From the NCBI GenBank assembly GCA_964291675.2, contig OZ219866.1:3149909-3213908 (forward strand): 64,000 nucleotides of DNA, given 5' to 3'. This document shows, in pieces, positions 17,916 through 25,960 of the stretch; position 1 is the stretch's first letter; the number at the start of each line of letters is the position of its first letter. The notes under the pieces were generated by a model. The model saw only the letters and a list, made by a program, of their open reading frames with translations. It did not search any database and was not told the DNA's origin. Made by a program: the position numbers and the translations under genes. This DNA comes from Alphaproteobacteria bacterium (lineage in GTDB: Bacteria > Pseudomonadota > Alphaproteobacteria > MPNO01).

Positions 17916-19447
17916 GCGCTTCTCCGGCGCCGCCGGGGCGGCCCCGCGGTCCGCAACAGGGCGATCAGCGGGATGGTCGCCAGCGCCGCGATGGCGAGGG
18001 CATGGAAGTCGTTGGCGAAGCCGATCGCCTGGGCCTGGCGGAAGATCTCGCCATCCAGCGCGGCGATGCCGGGGGACGAGGCGGGGTCCCACGCCTCCGG
18101 CAGGTATGGCGCCTGCGCGCCTTCGCGGTAGGGATCGACGCGCGCGGAGATCTCGCCCTCGGAGACCGCGCGGGTGCGGCTCAGGATCGCCACCACGACG
18201 GAGACGCCCACGCCCGAGCCGTAATTCCTAGCCAGGCTGGTCAGCGTCGACGCCTCGGTCCGATGTCGCGCGGGCAGGGTCTCGAAGGATATCACCGTGA
18301 GCGGCACCCAGATGAAGCCGATGCCGAGCCCGTTGACGAAGGCCGCCCAGGACACGTCGTAGAGGTCGACATCGGCCGAGAATGTCGAGAGATAATAGGA
18401 CGAGACGGCGACGCAGGCGAAGCCGAGCGCGCACACCGGCCTGCCGTCGACATGGCGCACCAGCCACCCCGCCAGCAGCAGCGAGGCGAAGGTGCCGAGA
18501 CCGCGCGGCGCCATCACATAGCCCGCCGTGATCACCGGAAGACCCCGCAGGACTTGCAGGAACATCGGCAGGATCACGTTGAGCGCCAGCACGCAGACCC
18601 CGAGCAGGAACATGAAGGCGAGGCCGAGCACGAAGTTGCGGTCGGACAGGATGCCGCGCGAGATGAAGGGGGTGTCCGTGGTGAGCGAATGGACCGTGAA
18701 GACGTAGAGGCCGAGCACCACGATCGCCGCCTCGACGACGATCTCGGGCGAGTCGAACCAGCCCTCCTGCTCGCCCCGGTCGAGCAGGAGCTGGAGCGCG
18801 GCAAGCGCGCAGGCGAGCGCGACGAAGCCGAACAGATCGAACGGCCGGTCCTGCTTCGCCAGGGTCTCCCGCATGAAGCCGAGGCCGAGCGCGAGCCCGG
18901 CCAGCGCGAACGGGATGCCGATGAAGAAGATCCACTGCCAGCCGTAATTCTCGGTGACGAAGCCGCCGACCACGGGGCCCATGACGGGCGCGAACATCAC
19001 CCCGGTCCCCCAGATCGCGAGCGCCGAGCCGTGCCGTTCCGGCGGGTAGTTGTCGAGCATCAGCGCCTGCGAGATCGGGATCACCGGCGCGCTCATCGCC
19101 CCCTGGCAGGCGCGCCAGACCAGGATTTCGGGCAGCGAGGTGGCGCTGCCCGACAGCATCGAGAAGCCCATGAACCCGGCGAGCGCGAGCAGGAAGGTGC
19201 GCTTGCGCCCCAGCCTGCCCGCCACCCAGCCGGTGCATGCCGTGGAGATCGCCTGGCAGACGAAATAGGTCGTCATCACCCAGCCGATCTGGTCCTGGCT
19301 GGCACCCAGATTGCCCTGCATGTGCGGCAGGGCGATCGAGGCGATGGTCATGTCGAGGATGACGACCGTGGTCGCCATCATCACCGCGACGGTGACCATC
19401 GACCGCGCCAGATCGGATCGCCGCGGATCCGGCTCGCCTTCGGTCAT
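17912..19447 (-). CDS. emrB: MFS efflux transporter, DHA2 (EmrB/QacA) family
   Basis: ATG 19447 overlaps the emrA-like stop. MTEGEPDP..VAVMMATTVVILDMTIASIALPHMQGNLGASQDQIGW.. is a typical DHA2 N-terminus, and the protein is about 14 TM. Confidence 0.85.
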   Translation of the reverse strand: MTEGEPDPRRSDLARSMVTVAVMMATTVVILDMTIASIALPHMQGNLGASQDQIGWVMTTYFVCQAISTACTGWVAGRLGRKRTFLLALAGFMGFSMLSGSATSLPEILVWRACQGAMSAPVIPISQALMLDNYPPERHGSALAIWGTGVMFAPVMGPVVGGFVTENYGWQWIFFIGIPFALAGLALGLGFMRETLAKQDRPFDLFGFVALACALAALQLLLDRGEQEGWFDSPEIVVEAAIVVLGLYVFTVHSLTTDTPFISRGILSDRNFVLGLAFMFLLGVCVLALNVILPMFLQVLRGLPVITAGYVMAPRGLGTFASLLLAGWLVRHVDGRPVCALGFACVAVSSYYLSTFSADVDLYDVSWAAFVNGLGIGFIWVPLTVISFETLPARHRTEASTLTSLARNYGSGVGVSVVVAILSRTRAVSEGEISARVDPYREGAQAPYLPEAWDPASSPGIAALDGEIFRQAQAIGFANDFHALAIAALATIPLIALLRTAGPPRRRRRSA

Positions 19448-20505
19448 TTCCCCGGCGCCATGAAGGCGAGCGCCGAGCCCACCGCGTCGAACAGCGTCAC
19501 CTCGCGCCCGGTGTCGATGCTGACCGACACCGTGGCCCCCGCCGGCATGGCGAAGGGCCGCCCGGTGCCGCCGTCGATCTCCAGCCGCACCGGCACCCGC
19601 TGGACGATCTTGACCCAGTTGCCCGACGCGTTCTGCGGCGGCAGCACGGAGAGCTCGGCGCCGGTCGAGGGGCTGATGCTGGCGACCCGGGCGCGCCACG
19701 ACAGCTCCGGGAAGGCGTCGACCACGATCTCCGCCGGCTGGCCGACCCGGACATGGGTGAGCTGGGTCTCCTTGAGATTGGCCTCCACCCAGGCCCGGCC
19801 GGTCTCGATCAGCGGCATCACCGGCCTGCCGGCATCGACATACTCGCCCCGTTGCAGCCGCACCCGGCCGATCGTCCCGTCCGCCGGCGCCCGGATCACG
19901 GTGCGTCTCACGTCGATCTCCGCCCGGTCGCGCGCGGCCAGCGCCTCGCGGAATTGCGGGCTTTGCTCGGCCTCGATCCCGGGCGCGCCGCCGAGCTCGG
20001 CGAGGATGGCGAGACCCTTCTGGCGCACCGTGCCGGCGCGCTGGCGGGCGGCGATCAGGTTCCGCTCCGCCTCCTCGAACCGGGTGCGCGAGGCGTGGCC
20101 GCGTCCGGCAAGCTTCTCCTGCCGGTCGAAGATGCGCTGGCGATAGGCGACCTCCTGCTCGGCCTCCCGCAGCTCCTCCCGGGCGCCGCGCCAGGACGCG
20201 CGCAGCGCGACCATCCGGTTGCGCACCGCAGCCAGCCTGGCATCGGCCTCGGCGAGCGCGACGCGAAACGGTTCCGCGTCGATCGAGAAGATCGCATCGC
20301 CCGCCCGGATGGCCGCGTTCTCCGCCACGAAGACATCGGCGACCCGGCCCGGGATCTCGGCGCTGATCTGGATCACGTTGGCCTTCACATAGGCGTTCTC
20401 GGTGGTCACGTAGCGACCCGACGCGACCCAGTAATGCGCGCTCACGACAATGGCCGCGGCCGGCACGACGACGAGCAGGACTATGCGAAGCAGCGCGCGC
20501 CTCAC
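19444..20505 (-). CDS. emrA: HlyD-family membrane fusion protein (EmrA-like)
   Basis: 353 aa with one N-terminal TM, ..YVTTENAYVKANVIQISAEIPGRV.., a coiled-coil middle and a beta-barrel end. Confidence 0.85.
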   Translation of the reverse strand: MRRALLRIVLLVVVPAAAIVVSAHYWVASGRYVTTENAYVKANVIQISAEIPGRVADVFVAENAAIRAGDAIFSIDAEPFRVALAEADARLAAVRNRMVALRASWRGAREELREAEQEVAYRQRIFDRQEKLAGRGHASRTRFEEAERNLIAARQRAGTVRQKGLAILAELGGAPGIEAEQSPQFREALAARDRAEIDVRRTVIRAPADGTIGRVRLQRGEYVDAGRPVMPLIETGRAWVEANLKETQLTHVRVGQPAEIVVDAFPELSWRARVASISPSTGAELSVLPPQNASGNWVKIVQRVPVRLEIDGGTGRPFAMPAGATVSVSIDTGREVTLFDAVGSALAFMAPGK

Positions 20506-20565
20506 CCCGCGGTTTCCTTCTCCAGCCTGTTGCGGAAGGAGTCCGGGCCGGGCCCGGAAACCGTT

Positions 20566-20593
20566 AGATTACTAACATTCTCCTTCCCGGCAA
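20566..20593 (-). promoter_or_regulatory. candidate promoter of the emrA operon (minus strand TTGCCG - 16 nt - TAATCT) with an overlapping near-palindrome
   Basis: The minus-strand -35 is at 20588-20593 and the -10 at 20566-20571. GTTAG-atta-CTAAC at 20563-20576 overlaps the -10. This AT-rich patch lies about 55-90 nt upstream of GTG 20505. Confidence 0.4.
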
Positions 20594-20646
20594 AGCGCGC
20601 AGAGGTCGGGCGCGTGCCGCCGTTTCGACCGGATCCCCGCCGGAGG

Positions 20647-21062
20647 CCACTGCTGTCCGGATTAGATGGGCTGGACGGGGCGCAAAGCCTTGTTCCGGGC
20701 GGGATATCGGCGCATCCGCCGGATCGGGACACGGATCGCCGCACGCCCGCACTTGCCGTCCCTGCCCCTCCGTTGTCACCCCGGCCTCGTTCCGGGCACC
20801 CACGGGCGGGGCGGGCCGCACCCGGCTCCCGTACTCCTCCACCGCCACCCCCACCCCGTCATGGCCGGACTTGATCCGGCCACCCATGCGCGGACTTGAT
20901 CCGCGCAACCACTGGCGCCACCGGTACAACGCCCCGTCCGGAGGAGCGGCGGCGCCAGTGGATGCCCGGATCAAGTCCGGGCATGACGATGGGGGGAGGC
21001 ATGGCGCTGGGCGGGGAACGCCGGGCGCGACCCGCGTCGAAGGCTAAACCGGACAGCAGTGG
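20647..21062. repeat. mosaic repeat cluster bounded by 19-bp inverted repeats CCACTGCTGTCCGG(A/T)TTAG (MITE/REP-like)
   Basis: The left IR is 20647-20665 and the right IR 21044-21062 (18/19). Internal modules recur at 62800-62900 (inverted, about 100 bp) and 63590-63667 (direct, about 80 bp). It contains GTCATGGCCGGACTTGATCCGGCC-type hairpins. Confidence 0.8.
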
Positions 21063-21118
21063 AACGAGTCCGGCCATGGCGGAGAAGGCCGGAGATGACG
21101 GGTGGCGGGCCGCGGATG

Positions 21119-21146
21119 TTGTCCGCGAGCCCCGCGGGCGTATTAT
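21119..21146 (+). promoter_or_regulatory. candidate sigma70-type promoter TTGTCC - 16 nt - TATTAT
   Basis: It lies 34 nt upstream of GTG 21180 of the first TauD/TfdA gene, just outside the repeat cluster. Confidence 0.4.
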
Positions 21147-21179
21147 TGGCCGGGGACGCAGAGGACGGGTTGCGAGACG

Positions 21180-22025
21180 GTGAGCCTGCGCATCGAAAAG
21201 CTGCATGAGGCGATCGGCGCCGAGGTGATCGGCGTCGACCTGGCGCGGCCGCTCGGCGCGGCCGAGATCGCCGGGATCGAGGCCGCCTGGCTGGAGCATG
21301 TCGTGCTGGTGTTCCGCGGCCAGGAGCTCGACCAGGAGGCGCAGCTCCGCTTCGCCGGCCAGTTCGGCACGCTCGGCGAGCGGTCGAGGCCGGCCGAGAT
21401 CAGGCCGGAGGGGGCCGATTTCCACCCCGCCGTCATGCTGGTGTCCAATATCCGCGAGAACGGCAGGCCGATCGGCTCGCTGCCCGACGGCGAGATGTGG
21501 TTCCACCACGACATGTGCTACGTGGCCGAGCCCTATCGCGGCACCATGCTGTACGCGATCGACATCCCGAGCCGCGGCGGCAACACGCTGTTCGCCAACA
21601 TGTACGCGGCCTATGACCGGCTCGATGCCGCGACGAAGGCGCGAATCGCCGGCGCCCGCGCGCTCCAGATCTACAACTACTCGGTCACCGAGAAGGTCTC
21701 GCTTGACGCCGACCTCGACGATTACCCGCATTTCGTCCAGCCGGTGGCGATCGCCCATCCGCGGACCGGCCGCAAGGCGCTCTACGTCAATCCGCTGATC
21801 ACCGCGCGGATCGAGGGGCTGCCCGAGGCCGAGAGCGACGCCCTGCTGGAAGAGCTGTTCGGCTTCACCGAAGATCGCGGGCTGATCTACGAGCATGTGT
21901 GGCGCGAGGGCGACCTGGTGATGTGGGACAACTGGTGCTCGTGCCACGCGCGCACGGACTTCCCGGAGAACGAGCGCCGCCTGCTCCGGCGGTGCACCAT
22001 CCTCGGCGAGGCGCTGGCCGAATAG
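21180..22025 (+). CDS. TauD/TfdA-family Fe(II)/2-oxoglutarate dioxygenase (paralog 1)
   Basis: GTG 21180 gives 281 aa. The HxD motif sits in ..MWFHHDMCY.., with the distal His in ..WDNWCSCHART.. and ..GGNTLFANM.. Confidence 0.85.
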   Translation: MSLRIEKLHEAIGAEVIGVDLARPLGAAEIAGIEAAWLEHVVLVFRGQELDQEAQLRFAGQFGTLGERSRPAEIRPEGADFHPAVMLVSNIRENGRPIGSLPDGEMWFHHDMCYVAEPYRGTMLYAIDIPSRGGNTLFANMYAAYDRLDAATKARIAGARALQIYNYSVTEKVSLDADLDDYPHFVQPVAIAHPRTGRKALYVNPLITARIEGLPEAESDALLEELFGFTEDRGLIYEHVWREGDLVMWDNWCSCHARTDFPENERRLLRRCTILGEALAE

Positions 22026-22036
22026 GAGGGCAGGAG

Positions 22037-22882
22037 ATGGCCTTGAGAACCAGGAAGCTTTCCCCGCATATCGGCGTCGAGGTCATGGATATCGACCTCG
22101 CGAGGAGGCCGGACGAGGCGACGATCCGCGAGATCTACCGGCTCTGGCTCGACCACATCATGGTGGTCTTTCGCGGCCAGTCGCTCGACCAGGAGAGGCT
22201 GCTCCAGGTCACCTCCTATTTCGGCACGCCCGGCGCCAACGCCAGGCCCAGGGAATACCGCACCTCGGGCCAGCACGACATGCTGCCCGGCATCATGCTG
22301 ATCAGCAACATCCGGGCCAACGGCGAGCCGATCGGCGCGCTCCCCGACGGCGACATGATGTTCCACCACGACATGATCCACGCCGACGTGCCCGACAAGG
22401 CGACCTGCCTGTATGCGGTGGAGATCCCGTCGGAGGGCGGCAACACGCTGTTCGCCAGCGGCTACGCGGCCTACGAGACGCTCGACGCCGGACTCCGCGA
22501 CTCGCTCGAGGGCAGGCGCGCCTTCCACCACTACAATTACGGCTCGCAGCACCGCGGCGACGACATCGGCACGCCGGCCTTCTCCGAGGCCGAGCACCCG
22601 GTGTTCCGCACCCATCCGGAGACCGGCCGCAAGGCGGTCTATGTCGACCGGCTGATCACCGCCTCGATCGTCGGCATGGAGGAAGACGAGAGCGAGGCCG
22701 CGCTCACCCGGCTGTTCGACCATTCGGAGAAGGACGAGTTCGTCTACGAACATGTCTGGCAGAAGGGCGATCTGCTGCTCTGGGACAACCGCTGCTCGAT
22801 GCATGCCAGGCGCGACTTTCCGTCCACCGAGCGGCGCCTGTTGTGGCGCACCACGGTGAGCAGCGAAGACCGGCCGGCCTGA
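22037..22882 (+). CDS. TauD/TfdA-family Fe(II)/2-oxoglutarate dioxygenase (paralog 2)
   Basis: ATG 22037 follows AGGAGGGCAGGAG. The 281-aa product is collinear with paralog 1 (..MMFHHDMIH.., ..GGNTLFASG.., ..WDNRCSMHARR..), with roughly 40-45% identity by eye. Confidence 0.85.
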   Translation: MALRTRKLSPHIGVEVMDIDLARRPDEATIREIYRLWLDHIMVVFRGQSLDQERLLQVTSYFGTPGANARPREYRTSGQHDMLPGIMLISNIRANGEPIGALPDGDMMFHHDMIHADVPDKATCLYAVEIPSEGGNTLFASGYAAYETLDAGLRDSLEGRRAFHHYNYGSQHRGDDIGTPAFSEAEHPVFRTHPETGRKAVYVDRLITASIVGMEEDESEAALTRLFDHSEKDEFVYEHVWQKGDLLLWDNRCSMHARRDFPSTERRLLWRTTVSSEDRPA

Positions 22883-22892
22883 GGGCGCGCCG

Positions 22893-23705
22893 GTGGGCAA
22901 GGCTCTGAGCGCGGCCGAGGTCGAGCGCTATCGCCGGGACGGCTTCGTGTTCCCGGTCCGCATCATGGACCGGGCCGCGGCGGATGCGCTGCGCGCGCGC
23001 TTCGATGCGCTCGAAGCCGAGACCGGGGCGGAGCCGCAGAGCCGCTTCAAGATCAAGGCCCACATGCCGCTCACCTGGCTGAACGAGCTGGTGCGCAACC
23101 CGGCGATGCTGGATGCGGTGGAGGACCTGATCGGTCCCGACATCTTGTGCTGGGGCTCGTCGTTCTTCACCAAGAAGGCGCGCGACCCGCGCTTCGTCTC
23201 GTGGCATCAGGATTCCACCTATTACGGGCTGCGCCCGGCCGAGACCGTCACCACCTGGGTCGCGTTTACCGACAGCCGGATCGAGCAGGGCTGCGTCCGC
23301 TTCGTGCCCGGGACCCATCGCGACGGCATCCTCGACCACGAGGAGACGATGGACCCGCAGAACCTGCTGATGAAGGGCCAGACCATCGCCGGGGTGGACG
23401 AGAGCCGCGCGGTCGATTGCGAGCTCTCCGCCGGCGAGATCTCGATCCACCACGAATCGGTGGTGCACGGCTCCAACCCCAATAGCTCGGACAAGCCGAG
23501 GATCGGGCTCTCGATCCACTACGTCGCGCCGCATGTCCGCCAGACCGCGTTCGAGGGCGCCTCCGCCCTGGTGGTGCGGGGCCGCGACACGCACGGCCAC
23601 TGGGAGCCCGAGCCCGAGCCGCGGCACGACCTCGACCCGGTCTGTCTCGCCGCCCTCGACGAGGTCTACGCCCAGTACCGCAGCGGCCGGGGCAAGCGGG
23701 GCTGA
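22893..23705 (+). CDS. phytanoyl-CoA dioxygenase (PhyH) family Fe(II)/2OG oxygenase
   Basis: 270 aa with ..YRRDGFVFPV.., ..WHQDSTYYGL.. (HxD) and ..ESVVHGSNPN.. Confidence 0.8.
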   Translation: MGKALSAAEVERYRRDGFVFPVRIMDRAAADALRARFDALEAETGAEPQSRFKIKAHMPLTWLNELVRNPAMLDAVEDLIGPDILCWGSSFFTKKARDPRFVSWHQDSTYYGLRPAETVTTWVAFTDSRIEQGCVRFVPGTHRDGILDHEETMDPQNLLMKGQTIAGVDESRAVDCELSAGEISIHHESVVHGSNPNSSDKPRIGLSIHYVAPHVRQTAFEGASALVVRGRDTHGHWEPEPEPRHDLDPVCLAALDEVYAQYRSGRGKRG

Positions 23706-23792
23706 GGCGGGCGATTCCATCTGGCACCGACAGGTCCGGGTGTATAGGTTGCCCGGATCGTGCCGTGCGTCCGATACAGGGAGAAACCGAAC

Positions 23793-24878
23793 ATGTCATC
23801 GTCCAGCAAGTTGAAATCGCTCGCCTTCGGCGTCGCCGCCCTCGGCCTGGCCGCGGCGGTACCGGTCTCGGCGGTCGACGCCAAGTCGTTCACGCTGCGC
23901 ATCGGCGCCGGCCAGGCGATGAAGCCGCTCGAGCCGATCTTCATGGCGAGCACCTATTTCGTGCCCACCGTCAAGGCGCGGGTCGAGAAGGAGACCGACC
24001 ACAAGATCCGCTTCATCGAGGCCTATGGCGGCACCGTCGCCGGGCCGTTCGATGTGCTGGAGTCGGTCGAGAAGGGGCTGTTCGACATCGGCCTCTGGTG
24101 CGCCTGCTTCGAGCCCACCAAGGCGGTCCATTTCGCCTTCCACTACTTCGTGCCGTTCGTCACCGACGATCCGGTGTTGCAGGACAAGATCACCCGGAAG
24201 ACCTACAAGCAGTTCCCGGCGTGGACCGAGTCGCTGCACAAGTATAACCAGAAGTGGCTCGGCGCCGGCACGTTCTCGTCCTACGGGCTCGGCACCAAGT
24301 TCAAGTGGTCCAAGATGTCCGACCTCAAGGGCCGCAAGATCGCCGGCGCCGGCCCCAACCTGCCGTGGCTGAAACTGTCCGGGGCGACCGCCGTCCAGAC
24401 CAGCCTGAACGAGTCCTACAACTCGCTCCAGTCGGGCGTCTATGAGGGGCTGGTGATCTTCCCGACCGCCTGGCTCGGCTTCAAGCTCAACGAGCCGGCG
24501 AAGGTGTTCACCGTGGTCGGCTGGGGCTCGACGTCGCTCTACCAGATGACGATGAACCTCAAGAGCTACAACAAGCTGCCGCCCGAGGTGCGGAAGATCA
24601 TCGACGAGGAGTCAGAGATCTGGATGGACAAGTCGGCCCAGGAATCCTCCAGGCGCTTCGATGCCTCGCTCAAGAAGCTCAAGGAGACCGGCAGCACGAT
24701 CCAGTACTTGCCCCCCGAGGAGCGCGCCAAGATGGCCGCGGCGCTCGGCGACTGGCCGAAGCAGAACGCCAAGAAGTTCGACGGCCAGGGCCTGCCCGGC
24801 ACCGCGCTGATGAAGGCCTATCTCGCGAACGCGGAAGCCGCCGGCATCAAGCTGCCGCACAAATACGATCTCGACTAG
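23793..24878 (+). CDS. TRAP transporter substrate-binding protein (DctP-type)
   Basis: ATG 23793 gives the signal peptide MSSSSKLKSLAFGVAALGLAAAVPVSA. The overall pattern is that of a TRAP solute receptor and resembles the second SBP at 60124. Confidence 0.7.
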   Translation: MSSSSKLKSLAFGVAALGLAAAVPVSAVDAKSFTLRIGAGQAMKPLEPIFMASTYFVPTVKARVEKETDHKIRFIEAYGGTVAGPFDVLESVEKGLFDIGLWCACFEPTKAVHFAFHYFVPFVTDDPVLQDKITRKTYKQFPAWTESLHKYNQKWLGAGTFSSYGLGTKFKWSKMSDLKGRKIAGAGPNLPWLKLSGATAVQTSLNESYNSLQSGVYEGLVIFPTAWLGFKLNEPAKVFTVVGWGSTSLYQMTMNLKSYNKLPPEVRKIIDEESEIWMDKSAQESSRRFDASLKKLKETGSTIQYLPPEERAKMAAALGDWPKQNAKKFDGQGLPGTALMKAYLANAEAAGIKLPHKYDLD

Positions 24879-24897
24879 CGCCGGATCGTTCGGGCGC

Positions 24898-24926
24898 GCC
24901 GCCCCCGCCCGCGCGGCGGGGGCGGC
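24898..24926 (+). terminator. perfect 12-bp GC hairpin (GCCGCCCCCGCC / GGCGGGGGCGGC, 5-nt loop)
   Basis: It lies 20 nt after the SBP stop and 33 nt before the next start. There is no U-tract, so function as a terminator or attenuator is uncertain. Confidence 0.35.
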
Positions 24927-24958
24927 CGCGACAGGCGTCAAGAAACGGGGAACGCAGC

Positions 24959-25954
24959 ATGATAAGGGCGGCGGTCGTCGGCCTCGGCTGGTGGGGCCAG
25001 CGGATCTGGAGCTCTCTCCAGGGAAGCGAGCGGATCGAGGTCGTGCGGGGGATGGATGTGACCTTCGACCACCTCGCCGAATTCGCCGAGCGGTCGGGGC
25101 TCCCGCTCACCCGGAGCTACGCGGAGGTGCTCGAGGATGCAGCCGTCGACGCGGTGATCCTCACCACCCCGCACGGGCTGCACGAGGAGCAGGTGGTCGC
25201 CGCTGCCGAGGCCGGAAAGCGGATCTTCTGCGAGAAGCCGCTGGCGCTCAACGGCGCATCGGCGGCCCGCATGCTGGAGGCGTGCACCGCGCGCGGGATC
25301 CTGCTCGGCATCGGCCACGAACGGCGCTACGAGCCGGCGCTGATCGAGGTCAAGCGCATGGTCGACGACGGCGAGATCGGGACGCTGCGCCATCTGGAGG
25401 TCAACTGGTCCTACAGCCTGTTGGCGGGGGCCGCGACGGCGGCCTGGCGCCAGGACCCGGCGCAGGCGCCGGCGGGGCTGATGACCGCGGTCGGCGTTCA
25501 CATCACCGACTACCTGCAAAGCATCGCCGGACCCGTCGCCGCGGTGGGCGCGACGCTCAGGCGGCACCGCGAGGACCGGCCCTCCGATGCGACGCTCTCG
25601 GTCCAGTTCGACTTCGCCTCCGGCGCGACCGGCTATATGTGCAATATCGGGCCGACGCCCTACTACCAGCGGATCACGCTGTTCGGCGACCGGGGCTGGG
25701 TCGAGCACCGCGAGACCGCCCACATCCAGGACCCCGACCCCGCGCTGGTGACCTGGCGGGGAGAGGACGAGGAGATCTGGTCGCGGACCTTCGATCCGAT
25801 CGACCAGGTGCGCGCCAATCTCGAAGCCTGGGCGGCGGCGGTCGAGGACGGCGCGGCGTACAAGTTCACCGACCGGCAGAAGGTCCACAATGTCGAGATC
25901 CTGGAGGCGATCGTGAAGTCGACCGAGTCCGGTCGCACCGAGACGGTCGGGTAG
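24959..25954 (+). CDS. Gfo/Idh/MocA-family NAD(P)-dependent oxidoreductase
   Basis: 331 aa beginning MIRAAVVGLGWWGQR.. (Rossmann), with ..EKPLAL.. motif. Confidence 0.85.
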   Translation: MIRAAVVGLGWWGQRIWSSLQGSERIEVVRGMDVTFDHLAEFAERSGLPLTRSYAEVLEDAAVDAVILTTPHGLHEEQVVAAAEAGKRIFCEKPLALNGASAARMLEACTARGILLGIGHERRYEPALIEVKRMVDDGEIGTLRHLEVNWSYSLLAGAATAAWRQDPAQAPAGLMTAVGVHITDYLQSIAGPVAAVGATLRRHREDRPSDATLSVQFDFASGATGYMCNIGPTPYYQRITLFGDRGWVEHRETAHIQDPDPALVTWRGEDEEIWSRTFDPIDQVRANLEAWAAAVEDGAAYKFTDRQKVHNVEILEAIVKSTESGRTETVG

Positions 25955-25960
25955 GGGCCG

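Noticed and set aside
14829-18131. Very long antisense ORFs in the track. Examples are 14829-18131 (+, 1100 aa), 3959-6040 (-, 693 aa), 36189-39512 (+, 1107 aa), 48766-52056 (+, 1096 aa) and 54236-56383 (+, 715 aa).
   Set aside because: They lie opposite or out of frame to genes with unmistakable family motifs, and they are dominated by Arg/Ala/Gly/Pro/Asp, as expected for stop-poor shadow frames in high-GC DNA. None contains a recognisable domain.
20666-20899. Short ORFs translated through the repeat clusters (20666-20899, 62583-63014, 63427-63648, 63483-63794). They give peptides such as ..HPVMAGLDPATH.. and ..WMPGSSPGMT..
   Set aside because: The same peptide-like strings arise wherever the palindromic repeat modules occur, in both orientations. 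They are repeat DNA, not genes.
20640-21100. Possibility that the clustered repeats (also 62580-62960 and 63540-63800) are CRISPR arrays.
   Set aside because: The repeats are not regularly spaced identical units with unique spacers. They are palindromic, shuffled modules, and no cas genes are present.
23721-23737. A TGGCAC motif upstream of the TRAP SBP gene, suggesting a sigma-54 promoter.
   Set aside because: The required GC dinucleotide 10 nt downstream of GG is absent (the sequence is TGGCACcgacaGGTC, not TTGC). The site is better read as a weak -35 paired with TAGGTT at 23745-23750.
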